From Eledone cirrhosa (Eukaryota), in assembly GCA_964016885.1 (NCBI GenBank), contig OZ024757.1, positions 38,502,001 through 38,566,000 on the forward strand: a DNA stretch of 64,000 bases. The letters are read 5' to 3'. The position numbers and the translations under genes are program-made. Shown here in pieces: positions 40,043 to 52,350 of this stretch. Numbering within the stretch: position 1 is the first letter of the stretch; each line of letters begins with the position of its first letter. The notes beneath the pieces are model-generated. The model saw only the letters and a program-made list of their open reading frames with translations. It was not told the origin of the DNA and did not search any database.

Positions 40043-40647
40043 TCTACCTTTATAATTTGCTTGTTTATATATATATGTATATATATATATATGTGTGTGT
40101 GTGTCTGTCAATCATTTCTATGTTATACTGTGAGTATAAGGTAGGGCGTGTTTTCGAATCACATCAACTAAGATGATAGAAATTTGAAAATCAGTCTTCG
40201 TTATCTCTCGTAAGTTTTTTTCTGAATATCCTTGGTGAGTTAGGGCAATGTGACACCGTACTATTTAAAATACGTGTTGCTAGGGAGATTTAATATATAG
40301 TTTGTAGCAGTTTAACTAAAGCGTCTAAGATGAGATTAAAGTAACATAGATGTTATGTTACTAATATCTTACTGCTTAGTTGTTGAATATTCGGTCCGAT
40401 TTAAAGTTATTGATATGCGCATATTAAAATATGCTGCCGGCTTTTATAAATGTCATACAGTGCATGGAACTCGATCCTGCAATTAATCGAGAAAGCATCC
40501 CCGTAGGTTATTTCAAAATACTCGTCCCTACTAGATTCAACCAATTAATATTTTGAACGACTCCATATATATATATATATATGTTTTAAGTATTTTCGTA
40601 GAAAACTTAAAGGAAAAAGGGAAAATGTGAAGTAGAGCTATTTTATA

Positions 40648-40688
<41 letters not shown>

Positions 40689-41297
40689 CTATCGAGATAT
40701 AAAATATGCAGAAGCGAAACCCAAACCAAACAGTGAGTGTGTTCTGTTATTATTTCTGGCAATATTATAAATCGACCCCCCCCCCCCCCCCCCAGAAGTA
40801 TACCTATATATTTATAATAAGTGTGTGTGTTGCAGAGAAAATAGATCATGGTAATGAAGAGATAATTTAAATATCGATATCGACCCCCAAAAGATGAAAG
40901 GGAATTTCAGCGTCACCGAATTTGAACAGTGACCCAAAACAAATAATGTGACATTTTATAAATCCGAAATTTTAGCAAGTCTGCCATTTCGTCAACCCTT
41001 TCTTTATTTAAGAAACGCCTGCCAAATTTTAATTAAGCAAACGATTTTAAAGATTCATATCACTGAGCTTAGAATGATGGAATATCTTCCTCAGTGCAAT
41101 TTGATCTCAGGATTTAAAATGACAGAATATAAAGCGCAGACATGTTCAACATCGATGAAGTGATTCTGCCAAAATGATAATTATGTTATTATGGAATGTT
41201 ATGTAAAGTTGAAGGTCAATTCTCAGCCGACTTTCAATATCAAAAACTGTAATTGGTGACGGCAATATATAGTAAGGTAATTATTCAAGGCACCTAA

Positions 41298-41398
41298 CTT
41301 CTCTCTCTCTCTCGGTCTCTCGCTCTCTCTTGGTCTCTCTCGGTCTCTCGCTCTCGCTCTCTCTCTCTCGCTCTCTCTCTCGCTATCTCTCTCTCTCG

Positions 41399-41431
<33 letters not shown>

Positions 41432-41467
41432 GCTCTCTCTCGCTCGCTCTCTCTCGCTCTCTCTCGC

Positions 41468-41499
<32 letters not shown>

Positions 41500-41790
41500 G
41501 CTCTCTCTCTCTCTCGCTTTCTCTCTCTCTCGCTTTCTCTCTCTCGCTTTCTCTCTCTCTCGCTTTCTCTCTCGCTCTCTCTCTCTCGCTCTCTCTCTCT
41601 CGCTCTCTTCCTCTCTTTCTCTCTCTCGCTCTTCCTCTCTCTCTCTCTCGCTCTTCCTCTCTCTCTCTCTCTCGCTCTTCCTCTCTCTCTCTCTCGCTCT
41701 TCCTCTCTCTCTCTCGCTCTTCCTCTCTCTCTCTCGCTCTTCCTCTCTCTCTCGCTCTTCCTCTCTCTCTCTCGCTCCTCCTCTCTCTCT
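41298..41790. repeat. (CT)n with periodic cg interruptions
   Basis: Direct reading. Confidence 0.9.
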
Positions 41791-41929
41791 ATATATATAT
41801 ATAGATATATAGGCAGAGAGATAGCACCGTGTAGTGAAAAATGCGTTTTCGCTATGAATTATATACCTCTCTCTCTCTCTCTCTATGTGCATGGCTGTGT
41901 TTGCATGTACATATATATGGCTGTGTGTT

Positions 41930-41974
<45 letters not shown>

Positions 41975-42389
41975 AGGTGTAAATGTGTGTATGCGTGTGC
42001 AGCTCTCTCTCTATATATATATATACATATATATACACACACACACACACAGGCTCTCCCCTTTCTCTCTCCCTCTGTATATATATATATATAGACACAC
42101 ACACATACATAGTTACACACACCTACATGCATACACTTTCATACTTTCAAATCCCCTGCGGCCTAAATTCAGTGTAACTTCTATTGTATGTAAACCAGGA
42201 GGTTGTAGGAGGTAGATACCATTGCAATGAAGACTGACTGTGTATTTTGGATTAACGTAATCCGTCTGATTTTGTTGACCTTTACACCTGTGAGAATATA
42301 GGCTTACCTACTGACGCACATACTTACAAAGGCACACGCACACCTCTACATATTTATTTATAATATAAATATATATATATATATATATA

Positions 42390-42617
42390 ACAAAGGAATT
42401 GTGGTAAGGAACCAGATGGACCATAACGCACCAGAGTACTCAATACTTAGAGTAGTAGAGTGGGAATAGGAAAAAAGTTTGACCCCAACGGCAGAGCTCA
42501 AGCCGTTTCGACGGCTATTTCTGGACTAAATTAGAATTTTGGGGCTAAAAATTCTAATTTAGTCCAGAAATAGCCGTCGAAACGGCTTGAGCTCTGCCGT
42601 CGGGGTCATGCTTGTTC
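42390..42617 (-). mobile_element. Fold-back element, family B, near-perfect hairpin
   Basis: Arms 42480-42540 and 42548-42608 (60/61 complementary), 7-nt loop, (TA)n on both sides. Confidence 0.8.
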
Positions 42618-42788
42618 CTATATATATATATGTAGTCTAAAGTCTGTCTCCTATTTCTATTCCCTTCTCTCCTCTCTTATCCCCATAGTCACTAACGCTA
42701 CCTGTTGTTCGGATATTTATCCATCGGCACTGTAGAGGCTTCCAAGTACAACGTTTTTATATATTTTTATATATAAAAGTCTAAATGA

Positions 42789-43058
42789 TGTCTTAAGCCA
42801 GAAGGCACATTTGGCCAGTGCTTATCTCAGTCTCATGGTGTGAAACCACTGAGAGTAAAATACTTCCTCCCTGGATATGACACCAGTCTATTGATGGGAC
42901 AGAGCTAAACCCTCAGCTATTCATGGTACTCATTTTCATTTGAGTATACTGGAGCAACGGGAAATGAAGTGTTTTGCTCAAGAACACAACACACAACCCA
43001 GGAATCGAACCCACGCCATTACGATCGTTACTCTAACAGCCTTACCCCTAGACCACTA
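42789..43058 (-). mobile_element. CORE-type SINE
   Basis: Reverse complement of 1438-1694 (tgtcttaagccagaa...tgctcaagaacacaac...ggaatcgaaccc). Confidence 0.75.
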
Positions 43059-43127
43059 TATACACGCACATATATATTTAATATATTGTAGTGTTGTCTT
43101 GCTTTTATTAATAGACTTATAATAACT

Positions 43128-43322
43128 AACGGAGAATGCTGGTGTCCTTTGCTCTAGGGCCACCTTCCTACTCACCACCATGGGCGCAGATTTGGCTAAC
43201 TGCAGGTGTGAGCCTCACCACCAGGAATGGCTCTTCCAACGAATTTCCCTCATCATTCTCTGGTGAAAGACGGAGGCAATGACAATGGGAGTTGGGTTCT
43301 TCTGTGTTCGGACCTGCTGTAT
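43128..43322 (+). mobile_element. 3' end of CRE-clade non-LTR retrotransposon
   Basis: Translates ENAGVLCSRATFLLTTMGADLANCRCEPHHQEWLFQRISLIILW*. Confidence 0.7.
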
Positions 43323-43600
43323 ATCTTTCTTTCACAATCTCTCTCTTCACACATAACCACATCATATGTGTTAAATAATTATTTAATAGTAATCCTGTCC
43401 GAAAATAACTATAACGTGATAAAACTCTCCTGCTCTCACTGCACCTGACCTTGTTAATATTTAAAATAAATAGGTTTCAATACCTTGTTGGTTATACAGT
43501 TCTCATATCCAGGTATGGTGGGATTATCTCTTAATTAAAAACATTACATTGGGTGCAAGTAAACTGAGAAATATGAACCACACCTCACACACATAGACTC

Positions 43601-43634
<34 letters not shown>

Positions 43635-43754
43635 GACGTACACGCATTCAGATACAGATGTAGACACAGTTCTTGAAAAGACCCACGCACATAGAGGCAG
43701 GGACACAAACACGCAGACGTACATGCACACACACACACACACACACACACAGAG

Positions 43755-44002
43755 TTGTGGTGGTCTTAGGGCCCAAAACCCCAGAATTCTCCACTACTAT
43801 GCGCAGCCAACTCTGTGCCGATGGTGGCGAGCCGGTTGGTGGTCCAAGGGCCAAGGACACCAGAAGTCTCCACTGCTGTGTGGAGCAATCTCTGTGCCGA
43901 TGGTGTTGCTAGGGCCATGAACACCATATCTCAACTACTATGGGGGCAATCTCCGTGCCAGTGGTGGTCCTAGGGCCAAGAACACCAGATGTCTATACTG
44001 CC
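43755..44002 (-). repeat. ~60-bp tandem repeat derived from CRE coding sequence, about 4 units
   Basis: Minus-strand units translate AVETSGVLGP / VVENSGVLGP and contain accatcggcacagag, as in the CRE copies. Confidence 0.6.
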
Positions 44003-44753
44003 ACCAGAAGTCACCATTACTGTCTTAAAAGCAATAATTTAGTTTTCAACTAAAAAATGTTGACCGTGCAAACAAATTTGGCTGGACGGAAGTTCCCCCG
44101 TTGTGCTATTCCGTTTGACATTTCTTTCCAATAAAGGGAACGTTGTTTATGACATTATCCAGAAATGTAACCAGTTGCATTCAGATGTGTCGTACTTAAA
44201 ACTAAGCTGTCTACTTAGATCTTACATGTTTTACATTAAACAATATTGGATCATACAAACAAACATGCATACAAATACTTAACAATAATATTAGTAATAA
44301 TGATAATAATAATGATGATGATGATTTCTAAAGCCAAATAAACCAAACAACAGCAACAACAGCAACATTGATTGTATAATTTAGTGCATTCGCTTTAGGA
44401 AAGAACATTTATTGAAAGGTCAGTTAGATTATTTTAATCTAAATAGTTATTACGTTTAATTCAGTAAGATCTCTGTTAGTCAGGTTTTTTTTTTATATTT
44501 TCTTTTTTTTTGTATAATACTAGTAACTGGGGTTAATAAAAGCTGTACGGTGTATTATGTCATTCTTGTGTTATTTTACTACTCTGAATCACTTTGACGT
44601 TGGCCACACTGCAGCATACCATGCAAGTAAGAGGGTCGATTATATCAACCCCAGGTTTTGTTTATATCGAGTTTCATGCATATTTTAAATATATATATAT
44701 ATATTTAAACTCGCTAAGAATCTAGTTTCTAATTTGAATGGAAAGAGATGGGT

Positions 44754-44958
44754 GATGTGTTGGTGTAATGGTAGCACAGTGGTCGCGATAACCAAAGATG
44801 TGGGTTCGACTCCCATGTACGTCAATAGTCATCTTTTTCCATTTATCTGAGGGTTCTAAACCCCATTATCAGGCTAAAATTCCTTTAGTCAAAAATACGG
44901 TGAGAGCTATATATTTTCTAATTTCAAACCTGCTCACTGTTTCAAAACATACTTACTT
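44754..44958 (+). mobile_element. SINE with a full tRNA-like head (44754-44824) and a ~130 bp body
   Basis: 71-nt cloverleaf with A box tggtgtaatgg and B box ggttcgactcc; the body recurs at 39910-40042. Confidence 0.65.
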
Positions 44959-45026
44959 GATATATATATATATATATATATAAAACCCTTTGTGTACAGC
45001 CCACCATGTTTTTCTTTACTATTTCA

Positions 45027-45066
<40 letters not shown>

Positions 45067-45137
45067 CCACAAGAGTTAGTTCACCGTACCGAGAACAAAT
45101 GTGTCATCTTGAGCGGATCTTCAGCTCGGATATATGT

Positions 45138-45174
<37 letters not shown>

Positions 45175-45262
45175 CAGTATGAAATCCGTTTGAAACTGGT
45201 TAGACCATTACTCAACAGAATGCTAGATACTTGAGGTAGTTGAGTATGGTGGTACTTTATAA
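45175..45262 (+). mobile_element. Short TA-flanked repeat, family C
   Basis: Reverse-complement match to 15190-15275; contains GAAACTGGTT-AGACC. Confidence 0.6.
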
Positions 45263-45280
45263 TTTATATATATATATATA

Positions 45281-45313
<33 letters not shown>

Positions 45314-45923
45314 CGTGTATCTATATATTTGTTGTTGGGTTAAAATATACGTTTCAACAGCTAGTTCAGGATAGTCTGTATGTATCCGTTGAACATGTGT
45401 CGGGCATGCTATCTCTGAGGTTTGTCCATTTATACTCATTTATAAAATGTGGTTATACAACATTATTTGTTACCCGTCTGGTAATATTACCATTACAATA
45501 TGTTTGAATAATTATGAATTACACAATAATTCGCTTACGGATTTTTTAACGCATCCACAAATCCTGAATATATCCATCGAAATATATTGGGATTCTGGTA
45601 ATTGATGGAGTTTCCGGTCTTTCAAGTTTGATTGGAAACGGTTTACAGCATAAATCAATAGTTTTCCGGTTATTCGACGAATTCAGTGTATCGTGGCCTA
45701 ATATGATGAGTAAGGCTTGTGTTTATTTTTTTCCCTATATGTCTTTCTTCCATCAGGCAGGAATCGCCTCATGTCCGATTAGTAATAGGATCAGTGATTC
45801 ACAAGTTTTTGTTGATGGTCATTTTACCGAACATACTAGCTTTGGTTTTGTTGTTTTACTTTGAAGTAGTTGATATAATTCTGTGTGTGTATATATATGT
45901 ATATATATATATACATGTATGAA

Positions 45924-45992
<69 letters not shown>

Positions 45993-45996
<4 letters not shown>

Positions 45997-46240
45997 ACAT
46001 GTATGTGTATATATATATATGTATACATGTATGTGTATATATATATATGTATACATGTATGTGTATATATATATATGTATACATGTATGTGTATATATAT
46101 ATATGTATACATGTATGTGTATATATATATATGTATACATGTATGTGTATATATATATATGTATACATGTATGTGTATATATATATATGTATGTGTATAT
46201 ATATATATGTATACATGTATGTGTATATATATATATATAT
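45993..46240. repeat. 28-bp TA/TG compound tandem repeat
   Basis: gtatacatgtatgtgtatatatatatat at 45993, 46021, 46049 and onward. Confidence 0.9.
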
Positions 46241-46405
46241 TATTTTACATTAAATGGCATTTTGTGAAGCAGTGCTTCGCCGTTGGTTAGAAAGATCAAA
46301 CGGACAAATCACTTCCGATACATATTCTTATAAAGTACCTATAATTATCCACGAGGGTGATTGTTGTTAATAGTAGTAGTATCTAAGATTATTATTAGTA
46401 TAATT

Positions 46406-46580
46406 GGAGGATTGGTAGTATCGGTAGAGCGTCGGACAGCATGATTTGCGGTATAGTTACGGCCCTTTACGTTCTGGGTTCAAATCTTGTAGAAAGTAGC
46501 TCTGCCTTTCCTCCTTACGTGGTCGATAAATAAAGCACCGGTAACGTACTGAGGTAGATCGATTGACTTCCCCCTCCCCA
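46406..46580 (+). mobile_element. OK-like SINE, long form, diverged
   Basis: ggtagagcgtcggac...gggttcaaatc...gtcgataaataaagcacc...gatcgattgacttcccctcccc. Confidence 0.7.
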
Positions 46581-46687
46581 ATGAAAGGCACCACAGCACT
46601 CTGTATTGAAAATTTTGAAAGTAAGTTTATAAGTATGAATTTTCAATAGATTTTACTAGTTGTCAGTGGATTAGCGCGGGGGGAACT

Positions 46688-46890
46688 AGAGACCGTGGAG
46701 ATCCTGGGCTTGGGGTCAATCCTGGTCAAGAAGTACATTTTTTTTCATTTTTTTTTCATTTTTTTTCATTTTTTTTCATTTTTTTTCATTTTTTTTCATT
46801 TTTTTCATTTTTTTTCAGTTTTTATTTTCTATATTACTGAAAAGGTTTACCGAGAACCCTACTCCCGACCAGGATCACCACCGTCTATGA
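46688..46890. repeat. Inverted repeat around (TTTTTTTTCA)n, MITE-like
   Basis: atcctggtcaagaagta versus tactcccgaccaggat, and tagagaccgtggagatcctgg versus ccaggatcaccaccgtcta. Confidence 0.45.
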
Positions 46891-47296
46891 ATCCTCCAAC
46901 TAGGCCGCCAAGACAACTACAAATATATAATGAAAATTAATAATTATAAACCTACTTTCAAAATCAAAGTTAAAAAGGTGTCCTTTAGGGCCTTCCTAGA
47001 GCTATTAGTCATATTTAGGGTCGACTTGTCAATATTCTGGCTCTTTCGTAACAACCTGTTATTCCGAAACGCAACTTCTGTAATGTGGAGACGAGCGTTC
47101 TATGGATATGAAGATACCAGAGCTATAAACATAAGTTAAAAAGGTCAGACAAACTGAGACGATATATATACACTAATAATAGAAAGGGCGATTTTTTTTT
47201 TTTTTAGGTCTTCATTACCTTTATCCCTAAATATGTTTATATATAAATAAATAAATATATATAAATATATACATATATATATATATATATACATAA

Positions 47297-47427
<131 letters not shown>

Positions 47428-47432
47428 CATAA

Positions 47433-47479
<47 letters not shown>

Positions 47480-47543
47480 CATAAATATATATATATATAT
47501 ACATAAATATATATATATATACGTAAATATATATATATATACG

Positions 47544-47583
<40 letters not shown>

Positions 47584-48433
47584 AATATATATACGTAAAT
47601 ATATATATATATATATACACACACAAATATATATATACATACACACAAATATATATATATATATACACATAAATATATATATATATATATATACACATAA
47701 ATATATATATATATATATATAGTGAGAGCGAGAGAGGTAGAACACTGGAAGGTAATATCCGTAGTGGCAGAGCACTCAGTCCATGGGACGAGTTTGGTAG
47801 AAGTAGTAACACAACAGTTAGTTCACCTTAGCGTTGTGCTACTACTTCTATATATTATATATATATATATACATATATATGCATCTTGATAACGTCTGTC
47901 TTTCTTATAAGTCTAATGAAAGACACCGAGGGACAAAATGCCTGAGAGAGAACAGAGACAACCCACAACGTGGATGACTGGCAGATGAACAACACCAAGA
48001 TATATTAGTACACATTCAAATGTGCTAAAATACCGTTACACTGATCGGGGATATGTGAGACATTGTACATTCCTTACGATGATGTATCAGCTGGAAGTAT
48101 CTTTGTACACTTTGTATACTTATCCTCCTTCATGTCAAGTGCTGTAAATTGATGTATCGCGGATTTCTCAGGTTTCATTCTCTTAAAGAAAAATAACGTC
48201 GTATTTTTTTTTTTGTGGGTTGGGGTATGTAAAAACTTGGCATAAGAATATTAGATTTATTATTACGCAGTTGAAGATACGCATTATATAAGAACTAGTT
48301 AAGTGCTGGTATAGTCAGCTTTTAAACCATAACGGAACCTATGCGTGTTAACGTACACTCTCTCTCGGAAATGTGGTTTTCGTCTCTGATTTTGTTGCTG
48401 AGTGATTATATATATATATATATAAAGAGTGTG

Positions 48434-48472
<39 letters not shown>

Positions 48473-48529
48473 ATGTAAATATATATATATATGTGTATGT
48501 ATATATATATATATATATGTGTGTGTATG

Positions 48530-48560
<31 letters not shown>

Positions 48561-48597
48561 ATGTATGTATATATATATATATATATATGTGTGTATG

Positions 48598-48634
<37 letters not shown>

Positions 48635-48637
48635 ATG

Positions 48638-48678
<41 letters not shown>

Positions 48679-48680
48679 AT

Positions 48681-48716
<36 letters not shown>

Positions 48717-48867
48717 ATGTATGTATATATATATATATATATATGTGTGTGTATGTATATATATATATATATATGTATATGTGTGTGTATGTATATATAT
48801 ATATATATGTGTGTGTGTATGTATGTATGTATATATATATATATATGTGTGTGTGTATGTATGTATG

Positions 48868-48928
<61 letters not shown>

Positions 48929-49778
48929 GTGTGTATGTATATATGTGTGTATTAGGAGTTTGTATGTATGCTCAGGTAAGCTGAGCTCTTACTTTAAACT
49001 ATAACGCAATACAGCAAACCTTAGAATTTCTACATCTACTTCAATCTGTATTTACACCTGAAGAAATGTCATTCAGGTCGCATCAATTATTATTATTATC
49101 AGAAAATCTACAATATGTAATGTTAACTTAAAATCCGGAATCCATGAAAATTTTCTAAAATATTCGTCGTAAATGTTAACAGCTGTGAGCAGAATTCTGT
49201 GTCGTATTTTTTCCTGTTATGTAAAGAAAACAAACTGACAGACGCCATAGAACGTCATGAAACTTGCTTTGTTGCATGTTTTCCGGTTTTCTGAGCCCTG
49301 CGTTCAAATAGCATTTAGTTCAACTTTGCCTTTTATCCTTACTGTTTCCACTCTCTACCTCTTTTTCAATTTTCCTCCTCCCTCGCTGTGTTTTTCTTGA
49401 AGAAAAATGTTGCCTTCTGACATGTATTATATGAAATTTTCATTTTTATAAATTATTTCTCAGCTGAGAGACGCCGCATGTCAATACTGCACCACTGCGA
49501 CATCATTAGAAGTTACGGGACCATTCATGCATGAATAATGATGTTGATGGTATGATTTGGTCTGGACTGTTCTGCTGGCTACTGTTTCACATATCTTTGC
49601 CACATTACCACCAAAGTCTTCTTTTCATTACCATATTTCTAATGTGGTAAATAATATATACATGTACACAAGGTCGGAACACAATAGAAACAACCTCCCA
49701 CTCTCCCATAAACATCAGGTCCGAACACAAAGGTACCAAACTATCACTGCCTCCGTCTCTTCCGCTAATCCCACCTTT

Positions 49779-49892
49779 CACGAGCTGGCCAGCCGCAGGT
49801 GTGAGCCTCGCAAGTTGGAATGGCCCTAACCATCCTCCCGGGAAACGCCTTCTCTATTCTGTCCACCTGGGCTGTGGGGAGGCCATCAATAT
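49779..49892 (+). mobile_element. CRE-clade 3' fragment with internal deletion
   Basis: gagctggccagccgcaggtgtgagcctcgcaagttggaatg..gggaaacgccttctc is nearly identical to 38091-38180. Confidence 0.7.
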
Positions 49893-50694
49893 GATTACTT
49901 AACCCCTTCATTACCATATTCCTGTTACATATAGCAAATGAGTGCGGCCTTGAAGATAGGATTTAAACAACATTCGCCTACTATTAATCGCAGTCAAGCT
50001 ATGAAATAGAAGCCCCTAATTACATAGATTTATTTTGTACAAGAACTCAAAACAACGATTGGGAGGGTATTACCATTTCTCTTGTATGCTTTCAATGTAT
50101 TTATTTTAGTTTTTCCTCATATCATTCTCACGTAAAAATAAAGAATGTATAGAAAACAGAGCATAACATTTTAGACATCGTTCTATCTTAGAAATATCGG
50201 AAAGCCTGGTTTTCTCATGCATAATAAAACACCGTATTCGTTTATCTTGATACTGCTAGATATAAGACAAATGAAAAAATATTTAACTTCCTGCATTTTG
50301 CAGCTGTGGTAATCTTTTCTCAATTATGTTTGGTCTTCCAGCAATAAATTATTTTGTTCATGATAAAAGTTTCAATTCGTATATTTCGTAAAATACTCAC
50401 AAAGTTCATAATGGACGATTATTACTTGTGTCAACCGGATTCTGTTTTAACTTTTCTTGTGGCTTGACTCTGTCTGGTTTATAAATGGCTAATGTGCTGA
50501 TATCAGTGAATGCTGATTCCTTAATAAGAACCTAGATCTCTAAGACCTGGGTTGATGTGTGTAAAAGTGAGTAAAAAACGCAGTTATTCTAGAGTATACT
50601 GTATCTCCCCACAGTGAATGTAGGCCCATGTAGGTTTATATATATATACATACATATACACATCCTTTATGGAGTCCTCTTTGGATTGTGGTCT

Positions 50695-50849
50695 TGGATT
50701 GTCAGTATCAGTAGAGGGTTACCTTTACGGTCTGAGTTCAAATCCCGCCAAGGTTAACTTTGCCTTTCATCCGTACGGGGTAGATAAAATAAAGTACCAG
50801 TACTGCACTGGGTAATTGCTGGCCTTGTGCCAAAAGTAGAAACAATTAT

Positions 50850-50850
<1 letters not shown>
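50695..50850 (+). mobile_element. OK-like SINE
   Basis: ctgagttcaaatcccgccaaggttaactttgcctttcatcc...gccttgtgccaaaagtagaaacaatt. Confidence 0.8.
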
Positions 50851-50886
<36 letters not shown>

Positions 50887-50891
50887 CACAC

Positions 50892-50998
50892 ACAGTTTGT
50901 CGCACGAAATGTATACACACTTTGATTACCTGTACAGGCAATATTTATTAGAATGCTGTTGAAGTGGGCATGCATATATGGACACCATTTATTGTATA
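50892..50998 (-). mobile_element. Tc1/mariner-type MITE, decayed
   Basis: attacctgtacaggcaatatttat is the reverse complement of 54579-54602. Confidence 0.5.
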
Positions 50999-51010
50999 TA
51001 TATAGTGTCC

Positions 51011-51073
<63 letters not shown>

Positions 51074-52124
51074 ACACTTATTGAATCCTCTTGGGATTTT
51101 GGTCATTTTAATTATTATTACTAATATATATATAGATAATAGAGAGAGAGCTTCTATAACAGCTGTTGTTATTTTCTTTTGCTGTGGCTTGTAAACATGG
51201 AATATGTATGCAATAATTCAGGAAACGATATTGCCGTTCAGAATCTATTAAAGAGTTATGTGCAGGAAGACCTGTTTATTCCATTACTTATCATATGACG
51301 TGCGTTTCGTTCCTGTTTATCCTTTGGACACAAATTAATCGTATAGAGAATACATTTATCTATTATATTCATAACATTTTATGGCAGCAGTGTGATATTT
51401 GATTAGGATTGTGGTGATATCGCTAGAAGAATGAATCCTGATATATCATCCTTAGGACAGCCATCTGTCTCACTTATTCTTCCACTGCAATCCATTGATG
51501 TAGAGAATTCCTATCATTTTAAGTAGCGTTATATTCGAAAATCTAATTGCATTTGAAGTTAATCTGCATCGTTGTATGCCGTGCGTTTTTGGATCGACGC
51601 CATTTTATTCAATTGTTTCTTATGTGGATTAAACTGAAACGTTTCGCTGTTACTAATATATCACAAGTTGGCAGGTTGATTCCACAGCATTACCAATTTC
51701 ACTCACCAGCTTAATGTACAGAATTATCAAGTTTCAGACTGATCAACAGCTGGCACAAAATCCGTTTCCGTGATTAGTAAACTCTGTAAATTTACTGTAA
51801 ACATTAAGCAATTTTCTTTCTTAATAATGTATGCGTTGTTTAACTTGATGCTAACGTTGCTTCTTCAAATACTTGCTGTCAATGTTATTTTCATATCTTT
51901 CCTAATATATCACGCCACGAAACTGAGATAAACACTGGCCTGACGATCAGCCTTGCTTGAGACACACTTCGGACAGATTCATAATATATCATTGCTTCAT
52001 TTGTGGATTTGTAATTCTAATTCGTTTCAGATAATCTCTTTGCTGTTACACCTGCTATACATTCCTAGATATCATGTATTTATTCTACTCTCTTATATAT
52101 TGGTTTCTGAGAATGAAACTCACA

Positions 52125-52350
52125 TCACCTTCTTCTTTTTCGCCTTCTTCACCCTCTTCTTCTTCACGTTCGCCCACTTATTCCTGGGAGGGTCGTCGGG
52201 GCAAAGTCCTCCAGCACTCCATCCAGCGAGCCCTGTCAGAAGCTGGTAGATGTTATCCAACCATCTTGATCGGGGTCTACTATTGGGTCTGTGGCAAGCT
52301 GGTTTTGCCCGTAAAATCTGGCCAGCGATTCTGATTCTGTCCTAAGACAT
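52125..52350 (-). mobile_element. 3' end of RTE-clade LINE
   Basis: Minus strand translates RPRSRWLDNI and DRARWMECWRTLPRRPSQE*, followed by a (GAA)n-like tail. Confidence 0.7.

Noticed and set aside
44754-44824. Functional tRNA-Ser(CGA)
   Set aside because: G at position 33, no long variable arm, three G-U acceptor pairs, and it is joined to a repeated body; treated as a SINE head.
46845-46940. Terminal coding exon VYREPYSRPGSPPSMNPPTRPPRQLQIYNEN*
   Set aside because: The acceptor is weak and the segment overlaps one arm of an inverted repeat (46688-46890); no recognisable protein.
51935-51975. Hammerhead at CTGACGA (51940-51946)
   Set aside because: GAGA instead of GAAA, and stems I and III do not pair.
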